A DNA stretch of 64,000 nucleotides, taken from NCBI GenBank assembly GCA_965221775.1, contig CBDCSU010000004.1, forward strand, positions 608,001 through 672,000. The letters are read 5' to 3'. The notes under the pieces are model-generated. The model did not search any database and was not told the origin of the DNA. It was given only the letters and a program-made list of their open reading frames with translations. How positions within the stretch are numbered: the stretch's first letter is position 1; the number at the start of each line of letters is the position of its first letter. Source of the stretch: Candidatus Latescibacterota bacterium. GTDB lineage: Bacteria > Latescibacterota > UBA2968 > UBA8231. Both the position numbers and the translations under genes were made by a program. Below, in pieces: positions 36,883 to 45,922 of the stretch.

Positions 36883-37797
36883 ATGGCCGAATCCGGCAGC
36901 CGGCGCCGCCTGCCGGCCTGGTTGAAGGCGAAGGCGCCCGGCAGCCCCGGCTACCTGAGGCTGAAGCGCCTGGTCAAGGGGCTGGACCTGAACACCGTCT
37001 GCGAGAGCGCTCACTGCCCCAACATCGGCGAGTGCTGGTCCGCCGGCACCGCCACCTTCATGATCCTCGGAGACGTGTGCACCCGCAGTTGCGGCTTCTG
37101 CGCGATCAGGACCGGGCGCCCCACCCACGTGGACCACGAGGAGCCCGAACGCGTGGCCGAGGCGATTGCGCGGCTGCACCTGCGCCACGCCGTCATCACC
37201 TCCGTCAACCGGGACGAGCTGCCCGACGGCGGCGCCTCGATCTTCGCCCGCACCATCCGCGCCGTTCACGAGCGCTGCCCCGGGACCTCGGTGGAGGTGC
37301 TGATCCCCGACTTCCAGGGCAACTGGGACGCCCTCGCCGAGGTCCTCGACGCCGGGCCGGAGATCCTCAACCACAACCTCGAGACCGTACCGCGGCTCTA
37401 CCGCCGCATGCGGCCCCAGGCGCGCTACGAGCGCTCGCTGGAGCTCCTCGACCGGGCCCGGTCCCTCGGGCCGGCGCCGACCAAGTCGGGCATGATGCTG
37501 GGCGCCGGCGAGACCCGAGGGGAGGTGGACCTGTCGATCCGCGACCTGGCCGCCGTCGGCTGCGGCATCCTGACCCTCGGCCAGTACCTGTCCCCTTCGG
37601 AGCAGCACGTGCCGGTGGACCGCTTCGTCCCGCCCGAGGAGTTCGATGCCCTCGGAGAGTTCGCCCGGGCCCTCGGCTTCGGCCACGTCGAGTCGGGACC
37701 GCTGGTGCGCAGTTCCTATCACGCCGAGCGCCAGGCAGGCGACCTGGCGGCTGTCGGCGGAAGCTCTCCCATGGAGATTGCCAGAGGAGGTCCATGA
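36883..37797 (+). CDS. lipA: Lipoyl synthase
   Basis: CESAHCPNIGEC, CTRSCGFC, HNLETV, TLGQYL, PLVRSSY. Confidence 0.96.
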   Translation: MAESGSRRRLPAWLKAKAPGSPGYLRLKRLVKGLDLNTVCESAHCPNIGECWSAGTATFMILGDVCTRSCGFCAIRTGRPTHVDHEEPERVAEAIARLHLRHAVITSVNRDELPDGGASIFARTIRAVHERCPGTSVEVLIPDFQGNWDALAEVLDAGPEILNHNLETVPRLYRRMRPQARYERSLELLDRARSLGPAPTKSGMMLGAGETRGEVDLSIRDLAAVGCGILTLGQYLSPSEQHVPVDRFVPPEEFDALGEFARALGFGHVESGPLVRSSYHAERQAGDLAAVGGSSPMEIARGGP

Positions 37798-38801
37798 CCC
37801 TCGACGAGAAGTCCCTGGCGGGCTACCTCAAGCGAAAGAAGCTGACCGGCGAGGGCGAGGGCGTACTCGATGTGCGCCAGGTCGGCGACGGACTGAAGAA
37901 CCTGGTCTACGTCGTGGTCACCACCGAGCAGCGGCTGGTGGTCAAGCAGGCCCACTGGCGGGTGCAGGTGAAGCAGCGCTGGTGGACGGACCGCAAGCGG
38001 CTCTTTGCCGAGAAGTGCTGCATCGAGACCCTGGCCAACATCCTGCCCCCCCAGGTGCTCCCCGAGGTTCGGCTGGAGGACCGGACCAACTTCGTTCTGG
38101 TGACCACCGCTCCGCCCCGCGACGCCACGGCCTGGGCCGACGAGCTGGACATGGGCCGCATCGATCTGCAGGTCGCCTCCCAGGTCGGGGAGCTGCTGGC
38201 GGCGGTGCACAACCAGACCTCCGAGATGGGCGATCTGGAGACGCTCTTCAAGGAGACCAAGCCCTTCGAGCAGCTGCGGGTGGAACCCCTCTATGGGCGT
38301 GTGGCCGCCGCCTTCCCCGAGATCCGGACGGCGGTCACGGCGCAGGCCCGGGCCCTGATGGAGAGCGGCCGCTGTCTGGTTCTCGGAGACCTGCGGCCGC
38401 GCAACATCCTCATCGACAACGGCGAGCTGTACCTGGTCGACTTTGCCACCGCCCACTTCGGGCAGCCATCCTTCGACCTCGGCTTCTACGCCGGCGACAT
38501 GTGTCTGAAGGCGATGCTCAACCACCCGCAGAAAGCCGCCTACCTCGAGGCGATCAACGTGTTCTGGGGAGCCTACACCCGCACCGCCGAGTACGAGGGA
38601 GCGGCGGAGGTGGGCAAGTCCGCGGTGCGGGACTTCGGCTGCCTGCTCCTGGCCCTGGTCTGCGGCCGGATGCCCGTGTACGAGGGCGACGAAGCCTTCC
38701 GCGACCTCACCTTCCGCATCTCGCAGAACCTCCTGTCCACCGAGGCGGAGAAGATCGAGGACATCACCGAGTCCATCAATCGAACTCTGATCGATGGATG
38801 A
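37794..38801 (+). CDS. Aminoglycoside-phosphotransferase/methylthioribose-kinase-like protein
   Basis: ATGA overlap with lipA; GDGLKNLVY, VKQA, GDLRPRNI, VDF, FDLG. Confidence 0.7.
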   Translation: MTLDEKSLAGYLKRKKLTGEGEGVLDVRQVGDGLKNLVYVVVTTEQRLVVKQAHWRVQVKQRWWTDRKRLFAEKCCIETLANILPPQVLPEVRLEDRTNFVLVTTAPPRDATAWADELDMGRIDLQVASQVGELLAAVHNQTSEMGDLETLFKETKPFEQLRVEPLYGRVAAAFPEIRTAVTAQARALMESGRCLVLGDLRPRNILIDNGELYLVDFATAHFGQPSFDLGFYAGDMCLKAMLNHPQKAAYLEAINVFWGAYTRTAEYEGAAEVGKSAVRDFGCLLLALVCGRMPVYEGDEAFRDLTFRISQNLLSTEAEKIEDITESINRTLIDG

Positions 38802-40339
38802 GGCGCGCCCCCGCCGCCATCCTGCTCGCCCTCTCGGCGTGCGCCCCCGGCCCCGCCTCCGACCCCGGTGACCCGCGGGCCGGTGTGCCGCCGCCGGCGC
38901 GCGAGTTCCGCGCCGTCTGGGTGGCCACGGTCGACAACATCGACTGGCCCTCGCGGCCCGGGCTCACGTCCGGACGCCAACGGCTCGAGGCGCGGGAGAT
39001 CCTGGACCGGAGCCGCGACCTCGGGCTCAACGCCGTCGTCCTCCAGATCCGCCCTCACTGCGACGCCCTCTACGCCTCTCCCCTGGAGCCTTGGTCCTAC
39101 TACCTGAGCGGCCGTCCGGGAGAGCCGCCGGAGCCGCCGTACGACCCCCTGGAGTTCTGGGTGGAAGAGGCCCACGCCCGCGGCCTCGAGCTGCACGCCT
39201 GGCTCAACCCCTACCGCGCCGACCATCCCGCCAACCGGGAAGGCCTGGCGCCGGAGTCGATCGCCAGCCGCCGCCCCGACCTCGTGCGCACCCTCGGCGA
39301 CAGCGGCTACCTGTGGCTCGACCCCGGCTCCGAGGAGGTGCGGGAAGCGACCCTGTCCGTGTTCCTCGACGTGGCCGGACGCTACGACGTGGACGGCGTG
39401 CACCTGGACGACTACTTCTACCCCTACCCTTCTTACAGCGGCGGCGCCGACTTCCCCGACGAGCCCACCTGGCAGGCCTACCTCGAGGATGGCGGCGACC
39501 TCGAGAGGGCGGACTGGCGGCGGCAGAACGTCGACCGCTTCGTCGAGAGCCTCTACACCCGCCTGCGGGACCTGCCGCGGCCGGTGAAGCTCGGCATCAG
39601 CCCCTTCGGGGTCTGGCGCCCGGGGCACCCGCCCTCGATCCGGGCCGGGATCGACCAGTACGGCACGCTGTTCGCCGACCCCCGGCGGTGGCTGCACGAG
39701 GGCTGGCTCGACTACTGCGCCCCCCAGCTCTACTGGCCGATCTCCAAGGTGCCCCAGAGCTTCCCGGTCCTGCTCGCCTGGTGGACCCGAAACAACCCTC
39801 ACGGACGGCACGTGTGGCCGGGGCTGTTCACCTCCTCCGTGGCCGCCCGGGGGTGGGCGTCCCGGGAGATCGTCGACCAGATCATGGTGACCCGCGGCCT
39901 GCTGGACCCCCGCCCGGGGCACATCCACTTCAGCGCCCGCGCCGTTCTCGACTCCGGCCGCGTCGGCGCCCGGGGGGACCGGCTCAACGCGGCCCTGGCC
40001 AAGGGGCCGTACCGCGGACCGGCGCTGGCCCCGGCCACCCCCTGGCTGGACGACGAGCCTCCCGAGGCTCCGGCCGTGAAGGCCCGCCTCGGCGACGGCG
40101 AGTTGCTGCTGGACTGGTCCCGGCCGGAGGGCGAGGCTCCTTTCCTCTACGTGGTCTACACCAGGGCTTGGGAGACCGGATGGCGCCACCGCATCGTTCC
40201 CGCGGCGCGGACGGAGCTGCTGCTGCCCCACGGAGAAGCCGGGGAGAGAGGCGCGGTGGAGTCGGTGGCGGTCACCTCCGTGGACCGCATGGGCAACGAG
40301 AGCGAGGTGCGCGTCCATACCCTCGAGAGCCTGCTCTGA
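38798..40339 (+). CDS. Glycoside hydrolase-like 10 (YddW/DigH-like) lipoprotein
   Basis: Lipobox LSAC; EFRAVWVATVDNIDWP, HAWLNPYR, HLDDYFYPY, PQLYW. Confidence 0.88.
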   Translation: MRRAPAAILLALSACAPGPASDPGDPRAGVPPPAREFRAVWVATVDNIDWPSRPGLTSGRQRLEAREILDRSRDLGLNAVVLQIRPHCDALYASPLEPWSYYLSGRPGEPPEPPYDPLEFWVEEAHARGLELHAWLNPYRADHPANREGLAPESIASRRPDLVRTLGDSGYLWLDPGSEEVREATLSVFLDVAGRYDVDGVHLDDYFYPYPSYSGGADFPDEPTWQAYLEDGGDLERADWRRQNVDRFVESLYTRLRDLPRPVKLGISPFGVWRPGHPPSIRAGIDQYGTLFADPRRWLHEGWLDYCAPQLYWPISKVPQSFPVLLAWWTRNNPHGRHVWPGLFTSSVAARGWASREIVDQIMVTRGLLDPRPGHIHFSARAVLDSGRVGARGDRLNAALAKGPYRGPALAPATPWLDDEPPEAPAVKARLGDGELLLDWSRPEGEAPFLYVVYTRAWETGWRHRIVPAARTELLLPHGEAGERGAVESVAVTSVDRMGNESEVRVHTLESLL

Positions 40340-40389
40340 GACCGCCGCCGTTGCCCCCGTCCGAGGCATCGGGCATATTTGCTGGATTC

Positions 40390-41046
40390 ATGCCAGTCAT
40401 CGCCGACATCGGAACGCGGATCGAGCTGGTGCCCATGGACGGGCACTTCCACGACATCACGGTGGCCCTGTACCGCCAGTCCACGGCGGCGGGCCCCGCC
40501 TTTCTGGTGCACAGCTACAGCGCTCTCGACGGAGCCGAGGAGCGCCTCGAGGAGATCGGCTCCCTCATGACGATCCTGGGCGGCCTGCAGCCGTCGTTGG
40601 AGGCTCCCGGCCTGCTGGCCTTTCCCTGCGGAGAGGAGCACGGCCTGGCCGTGCGCCGTCTCTTCCTCGAGGCGTGCAAGATCGGCTCCCTCGACGATGC
40701 GGCCCCTCTTCCCCTGTCCACGGTGGACCGCAAGTCGGGCCTGACCATCGTCGTCGAGCCCCTGGGAGAGGGCCAGTACCGGGTGGAGGCGTTGGGAGAG
40801 GCCGACGAGTCCGACCGCTCCCGCCGCGTCCGGGTGATCGTCAACGGCCTCATGAAGCTGGGTGAGATGCGGCCCGTGGAAGGCGCCGGCGACTGCGTCG
40901 GCTTCGACTGCCGCCACTCCCACGACGAGCTCGTGGGGCTGCTCCTGGTGCGCGCGCCGAACGTGCGCGCCATCGTCCGCGAACAGCAGGCTCTGGCCGC
41001 CCGCGGCGTGCTGGCGGCGCCGAGCCAGCAGGGGAACGAGTCATGA
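40390..41046 (+). CDS. Uncharacterised protein with two FxCxxxH repeats; first gene of the corrinoid operon
   Basis: ATG 40390, stop overlaps the next ATG (ATGA); FPCGEEH and FDCRHSH. Confidence 0.75.
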   Translation: MPVIADIGTRIELVPMDGHFHDITVALYRQSTAAGPAFLVHSYSALDGAEERLEEIGSLMTILGGLQPSLEAPGLLAFPCGEEHGLAVRRLFLEACKIGSLDDAAPLPLSTVDRKSGLTIVVEPLGEGQYRVEALGEADESDRSRRVRVIVNGLMKLGEMRPVEGAGDCVGFDCRHSHDELVGLLLVRAPNVRAIVREQQALAARGVLAAPSQQGNES

Positions 41047-42068
41047 TCTCCATGAACGGCAGGCAACGGGTCCTCGCCGCCCTGCAGCGGCAGCCGGTGG
41101 ACCGTACGCCGGTCTGCAATCCCACCTCGGTGGCCACGGTGGAGCTGATGGACCTGGTGGACGCCCCCTTCCCCGCCGCCAACCGCGAGCCCGAGCTGAT
41201 GGCCCGGCTGGCGGCCACGGGGTACACCGAGCTCGGCTTCGACAGCATCATGCCCGTGTTCTCCATCATCCAGGAGTCCTCCGCCCTGGGCTGCAAGATC
41301 CAGTGGGAGCAGAAGGACAACTGGCCCACGGTGAAGATGCGCGAGCCGATCTGGACCTCCGTCGACGACATCGAGATCACTCCCGGCCTGCTCACCCACC
41401 CGGACACGAAGTGCGTCCTCGACGCCCTCACCATCCTCTGCCGGGAGTACGGCGACGAGGCCGCCATCATCGGCAAGACCATGGGGCCCTGGTCCCTCGC
41501 CTACCACTGCCTCGGCGTCGAGCCCTTCCTGCTCATGTCCCTCGACGACCCTGACGAGACGAAGAAGATCCTCGACATCCTCAAGGAGGTCACCGTCGAT
41601 TTCGGCATCGCCCAGGTCGAGGCCGGCGCCGACGCCCTGACCCTCCCCGACCACGCCACCGGCGACCTGGTGAGCGGCTCCTACTACGAGCGCTACCTGC
41701 GCGACCTGCACATCGAGTTCGCCGAGCGCATCCCCTGCCCCATCATCCTGCACATCTGCGGCCGCACCGTGGACCGCATGGAGTTCATCGCCCAGACCGG
41801 CATGGCCGCCTTCCACTACGACTCCAAGAACAAGCCCGGGGAGTCGAGGGAGATCGTCGGCGAGCGCATCAGCCTCGTGGGCAACATCAACAACCCCGAG
41901 ACGCTGTTCTCCAAGGAGCCGGAGGATGTGGCCGCCGAGGTGGTGAAGAACCTGGAGGCGGGCGTGCAACTCGTCGGACCGGAGTGCGCCATCCCTCTGC
42001 AGACCTCCATCGAGAACCTGCGCGCCATCCCGTCAGCGGTGCAGGAATGGCATGCGCTGAACAACTGA
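41043..42068 (+). CDS. MtaA/CmuA-family methylcobamide methyltransferase (URO-D fold)
   Basis: VDRTPV, GPWSLA, AGAD, Zn ligands ILHICG and GPECAIP, GNIN. Confidence 0.87.
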   Translation: MISMNGRQRVLAALQRQPVDRTPVCNPTSVATVELMDLVDAPFPAANREPELMARLAATGYTELGFDSIMPVFSIIQESSALGCKIQWEQKDNWPTVKMREPIWTSVDDIEITPGLLTHPDTKCVLDALTILCREYGDEAAIIGKTMGPWSLAYHCLGVEPFLLMSLDDPDETKKILDILKEVTVDFGIAQVEAGADALTLPDHATGDLVSGSYYERYLRDLHIEFAERIPCPIILHICGRTVDRMEFIAQTGMAAFHYDSKNKPGESREIVGERISLVGNINNPETLFSKEPEDVAAEVVKNLEAGVQLVGPECAIPLQTSIENLRAIPSAVQEWHALNN

Positions 42069-42192
42069 CGATGCCTGGATCCCGCGACAGCCAACAGTGC
42101 AGATGGCGCGCCATCCCCGAGGCCGTGCGCCAGTGGCACGGGCAGGCGAACTGAGTGCCCGAGCTCTCGGACATCCACAACGAGACCCTCCG
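42021..42192 (+). repeat. Diverged tandem duplication (period 86 bp) of the methyltransferase/corrinoid gene junction, containing mini-ORF 42071-42154
   Basis: RAIPSAVQEWHALNN* + MPGSRD versus RAIPEAVRQWHGQAN* + MPELSD. Confidence 0.8.
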
Positions 42193-42904
42193 CTTCGAGA
42201 TCGAGGAGTACCTCGAGAGGCCGGAGGAGATCGAGCGCTTCGTGGGGATCTTCTCCGCGGCGCGGCCGATCAACCAGGACATGGCGGCGGCCCTGATCGA
42301 GGGCGACCATCACACCGTCGACGCCCTCGCCGCCCAGGCCCTGGAGGAGGGCCTCGAGGCGCTGGAGGTGATGGACGACGGACTGATCGCCGGCATGGGC
42401 ATCGTGGGGGTCAAGTTCCGGGAGAACTTCATCTTCGTGCCCGAGGTCCTCGCCTGCGCGCGCGCCATGAAAGCGGGCATGGCCCACATCGAGCCGATCC
42501 TGTCGGCCTCGGGCGCCGAGAAGGCGGGCACGGTGGTGATGGGGACGGTGAAGGGCGACCTCCACGACATCGGCAAGAACCTGTGCATCATGATGCTCAA
42601 CGGCGCCGGCTTCGACGTCATCGACCTCGGCGTCGACACCTCGGAGGACGAGTTCATCGACGCGGTGGAGGAGTCGGGGGCGCGGGTCATGGGGATGTCG
42701 GCCCTGCTGACGACGACCATGCCCAACATGGGCAAGACGATCGAGGCCTTCATCGACGCCGACCTGCGCGACGACGTGCAGATCATGGTGGGCGGGGCGC
42801 CCGTGACCCAGGAGTTCGCCGAGGACATGGGCGCCGACGGCTACGGCAAGGACGCCCTGGCCTGCGTGGAGCTGGCCAAGCAGCTGGCTCGGAACGGAAG
42901 CTGA
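42155..42904 (+). CDS. Stand-alone corrinoid (B12-binding) methyltransferase protein, cap + Rossmann domains
   Basis: GMGIVG..F...IFVPEVL, GTVKGDLHDIGKNL, MSALLTTT, MVGGAP. Confidence 0.93.
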   Translation: MPELSDIHNETLRFEIEEYLERPEEIERFVGIFSAARPINQDMAAALIEGDHHTVDALAAQALEEGLEALEVMDDGLIAGMGIVGVKFRENFIFVPEVLACARAMKAGMAHIEPILSASGAEKAGTVVMGTVKGDLHDIGKNLCIMMLNGAGFDVIDLGVDTSEDEFIDAVEESGARVMGMSALLTTTMPNMGKTIEAFIDADLRDDVQIMVGGAPVTQEFAEDMGADGYGKDALACVELAKQLARNGS

Positions 42905-43239
42905 TGGCGGGGATCCGGCCCGAAGAGGTGAAGAAGCGCTTCGACCGCCTCACCGAGATCTTCGGCGGCATCGTCGAGCACGCCGACCTCCAGGCTTCGC
43001 TGCGGTGCCCGTACCGCGACCGGCACGACCTGTGCACGGCCAAGTTCCACTGCAAGAACCAGACCCCCGCCGGGGACGCCGCCGACGGCGACCTGTCGTG
43101 CTCCCACGACGGCCGCTTCGACTACCGCAGCGCCTGGGAATCCGACCCGCGCACCGGCGAGCGCGCCCGCCGCCGCATCGAGACCATCCGCGAGCGCGCC
43201 GCCGAAGACCGCCAGGGGCGCCGCGGCCCCCGGCGCTGA
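42904..43239 (+). CDS. Small 4-Cys hypothetical protein (111 aa)
   Basis: ATG overlaps the upstream TGA; RCPY..C.....C...C pattern; codon usage typical of the window. Confidence 0.72.
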   Translation: MAGIRPEEVKKRFDRLTEIFGGIVEHADLQASLRCPYRDRHDLCTAKFHCKNQTPAGDAADGDLSCSHDGRFDYRSAWESDPRTGERARRRIETIRERAAEDRQGRRGPRR

Positions 43240-43256
43240 CGGCCGGCCCCCCGGCC

Positions 43257-44915
43257 ATGGCCGTCGTCCGCGCCCCCGGCCTCGAGCCTCGGAGGCTGAC
43301 CCCGGGGCGCACCCTCTTCGACTACGCCGACGACCTGCGGCTGCGGGTCCCCACCTCGTGCCTGCGCAACGGCTACTGCCACGAGTGCGTGGTCGAGGTC
43401 CACTCGGGCATGGAGGCCCTGCGCCCCCGCTCGGAGGCGGAACGGTTCCTGCGCGACCCCTACCGCCTCGCCTGTCAGGCCCTCGTCGTCGAGGATCTCG
43501 ACGTCGACTTCGAGCCCCTCCGGCGGTCGCCGCAGATCCTCTCCGGCACCCGCCCCCGCCGCATCGAGCTTGACCCCGTGGTCGGCCGCCGCGGCGACGA
43601 GGTCCTCTACGACGGCGAGCCCGTCGACCGCTACCGGGGGCACCTCTACGGCCTGGCCATCGATCTCGGGACGACGACGGTCGCCATGGACCTCGTCGAC
43701 CTGGAGACGGGCGACTCGGTCTGCGTCACCTCCTTCGAGAACCCCCAGCGCTTCGGCGGCTCCGACGTGATGCACCGCATCACCTACGACGGCGGCCCCC
43801 ACCACGGCGAGCTGCAGAAGGCGGTGGCCACCGCCCTCAACCACCACATCGCCGGCATGTGCGACCGCCTCGGCTTCGTCCGCCAGGAGATCTACGAGAT
43901 CACCCTCGCCGGCAACCCGACCATGCGCGACCTGCTCTTCCGGCTGGACGTGCAGCCCATCGGCACCCGCCCCTACAAGTCGACGGTGGAGCGCGCCTTC
44001 CTCGACGGCGAACGGTCGACCACCGCCTGGGTGGAGAAGTCGCGGCGCCTGGGCATCCGCGCCAACATCCACACCCGCGTCTACGGCCTGCCGCTGATCG
44101 CCAGCCACGTGGGCGCCGACACCGCCGCCGCTCTCGTAGCCTGCGACCTGCTGAGCGCCGAGGGCGACGGGGTGAGCCTCCTCGTCGACGTGGGCACCAA
44201 CACCGAGGTGGTCATCGCCGGACGGGGGCGGATGGTGGCCGCCTCCTCGCCGGCGGGGCCGGCCTTCGAAGGCGGCCTCGTGGGCTGCGGCATGCCCGGC
44301 TACGAGGGCGCCATCGAGTCGGTGCGCATCGACGACCACGGGGCCTTCGTCTGCTCCACCATCGGCGGCGCCGAGCCCCTGGGCCTCTGCGGCTCCGGCC
44401 TGGTGGACCTGCTCGCCGAGCTGCGGCGCACCAACCGCATGTCGGAGAAGGGCGTCCTCGGAGACGGCCGGCAGCGCAACCCGCGGGTGATGGTGGCGCC
44501 GGAGCAGGGCCTCGCCTTCTCCGCCGAGGACGCCAGCCACCTGGCCCAGGCGAAAGCGGCCAACTACTGCGGCCAGTATCTTCTGCTGCGCGAGTTCGGC
44601 ATCGATCCGGCCGACGTGTCGCGGCTCTACCTGGCCGGGGGCTTCGCCAACTACGTCGACGCCGCCAATGCGGTGGCCATCGGCTTCCTGGCGCCGGTGC
44701 CGGCGGAGCGCGTCGTCAAGGTCGGCAACGCCGCCCTCCAGGGCGCCCGCGAGGTGCTGCTCAGCCGCGGCCGGCGCCAGCGGCTGGAGGCGGCGGTGGC
44801 CGGCATCGAGCATGTGGAGCTGGAGACGGTGCCCGAGTTCTTCGACGCCTTCGTCGACGGCTGCATGTTCCGGCCCATGCCCTCCCGCGTCCTCAACCGA
44901 CAGGATCCCCGTTGA
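43257..44915 (+). CDS. ATP-dependent reductive activator of corrinoid proteins (RACo/RamA-like; [2Fe-2S] + ASKHA ATPase)
   Basis: Cx5Cx2C...RLACQ, IDLGTTT, NPQRFGGSDV, DVGTNTE, AGPAFEG, GLCGSG, LAGGF. Confidence 0.9.
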   Translation: MAVVRAPGLEPRRLTPGRTLFDYADDLRLRVPTSCLRNGYCHECVVEVHSGMEALRPRSEAERFLRDPYRLACQALVVEDLDVDFEPLRRSPQILSGTRPRRIELDPVVGRRGDEVLYDGEPVDRYRGHLYGLAIDLGTTTVAMDLVDLETGDSVCVTSFENPQRFGGSDVMHRITYDGGPHHGELQKAVATALNHHIAGMCDRLGFVRQEIYEITLAGNPTMRDLLFRLDVQPIGTRPYKSTVERAFLDGERSTTAWVEKSRRLGIRANIHTRVYGLPLIASHVGADTAAALVACDLLSAEGDGVSLLVDVGTNTEVVIAGRGRMVAASSPAGPAFEGGLVGCGMPGYEGAIESVRIDDHGAFVCSTIGGAEPLGLCGSGLVDLLAELRRTNRMSEKGVLGDGRQRNPRVMVAPEQGLAFSAEDASHLAQAKAANYCGQYLLLREFGIDPADVSRLYLAGGFANYVDAANAVAIGFLAPVPAERVVKVGNAALQGAREVLLSRGRRQRLEAAVAGIEHVELETVPEFFDAFVDGCMFRPMPSRVLNRQDPR

Positions 44916-45922
44916 AGAGCTTCCGCCAACGACTGGACGACCCGGAGCCCGTCCTCTTCGACGGCGGCTTCGGCACCCAGCTCTTCGCCCGCGGGGTGGA
45001 GCTGCCCAACAGCGCCCTGGCCAACGCCCACCACCCCGAGGCCGTCGTCGACGTCCACCGGGCCTACATCGCCGCCGGCTCGGAGATGATCGAGACGAAC
45101 ACCTTCGTCGCCTCAGCCCTGCACCTGGAGATGGCCGATGCCGGCGACCTCACCGCCGGCGAGCTGGCCAGGCTCGCAGCCGCCCACGCCCGGCGGGCGG
45201 TGGAGGAGAGCGGAGACCCGGTCTACGTGGCCGGCTGCCTGGGGCCCTCTCCCGGGGCGATCGAGGCCGACGCCGGAGACACCGACTTCGGCATCGCCGA
45301 CGACAAGGTCCGCGCCGCCCACCAGGAGGTGGCCGAGGGCCTGGCTTCCGCCGGCGTCGACCTGTTCCTGGTGGAGACCATGTTCTCGGCCCGCGAGGCG
45401 GCCATCGCCGTCGACGTGGCCCGGGGCTTCGGTCTGCCCTTGGCCGTCTGTCTGACCTACAAGTACACCCGGGACCGGCGGACGAAGCAGGTCGTCTACC
45501 GCACCGACTGGGGCCATTCCCCCGCCGACGCCGTCGAGATCCTCGGCTCCGGGGAGCACTCCGGCGGTGACGACCTGCTGCCCTCGATCGACCTCTTCGG
45601 CCTCAACTGCGGCGCCGAGTCCCGGCGCGAGGAGCACTCCGGCATGGCCTACGCCATCGAGGGCACGAGACAGACCGCCGCGGCCCTCGCCGCGCGCGGC
45701 CTGAACGGCCTCCGCCTGGCCGCCTACCCGAACGCGGGTCTGCCGAAGCTGGACCGCGAGACCCGCCAGACCTACTACCTGCAGGGTCCGGATGTGATGA
45801 TCGCGAGCCTCGACGCGCTGCAACAGGCGGGCGCCTGGCTCATCGGCGGCTGCTGCGGCACCACCCCCGACCACATCCGCGCCTTCCGCGACGGCCTCGA
45901 CGCCGGCGCCGACGATGGCTGA
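44912..45922 (+). CDS. Stand-alone homocysteine S-methyltransferase domain protein
   Basis: TTG start overlapping TGA; DGGFGT, ETNTF, VETM, GLNCG, YPNAGLP, GGCCGTTP. Confidence 0.9.
   Translation: MKSFRQRLDDPEPVLFDGGFGTQLFARGVELPNSALANAHHPEAVVDVHRAYIAAGSEMIETNTFVASALHLEMADAGDLTAGELARLAAAHARRAVEESGDPVYVAGCLGPSPGAIEADAGDTDFGIADDKVRAAHQEVAEGLASAGVDLFLVETMFSAREAAIAVDVARGFGLPLAVCLTYKYTRDRRTKQVVYRTDWGHSPADAVEILGSGEHSGGDDLLPSIDLFGLNCGAESRREEHSGMAYAIEGTRQTAAALAARGLNGLRLAAYPNAGLPKLDRETRQTYYLQGPDVMIASLDALQQAGAWLIGGCCGTTPDHIRAFRDGLDAGADDG

Noticed and set aside
40340-40389. Cobalamin or SAM riboswitch ahead of the corrinoid operon
   Set aside because: Only 50 bp of intergenic space and no B12-box or SAM-I core
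41043-42068. hemE (uroporphyrinogen decarboxylase)
   Set aside because: It lacks the RQAGR motif, retains the HxC...C Zn ligands and is adjacent to a corrinoid protein
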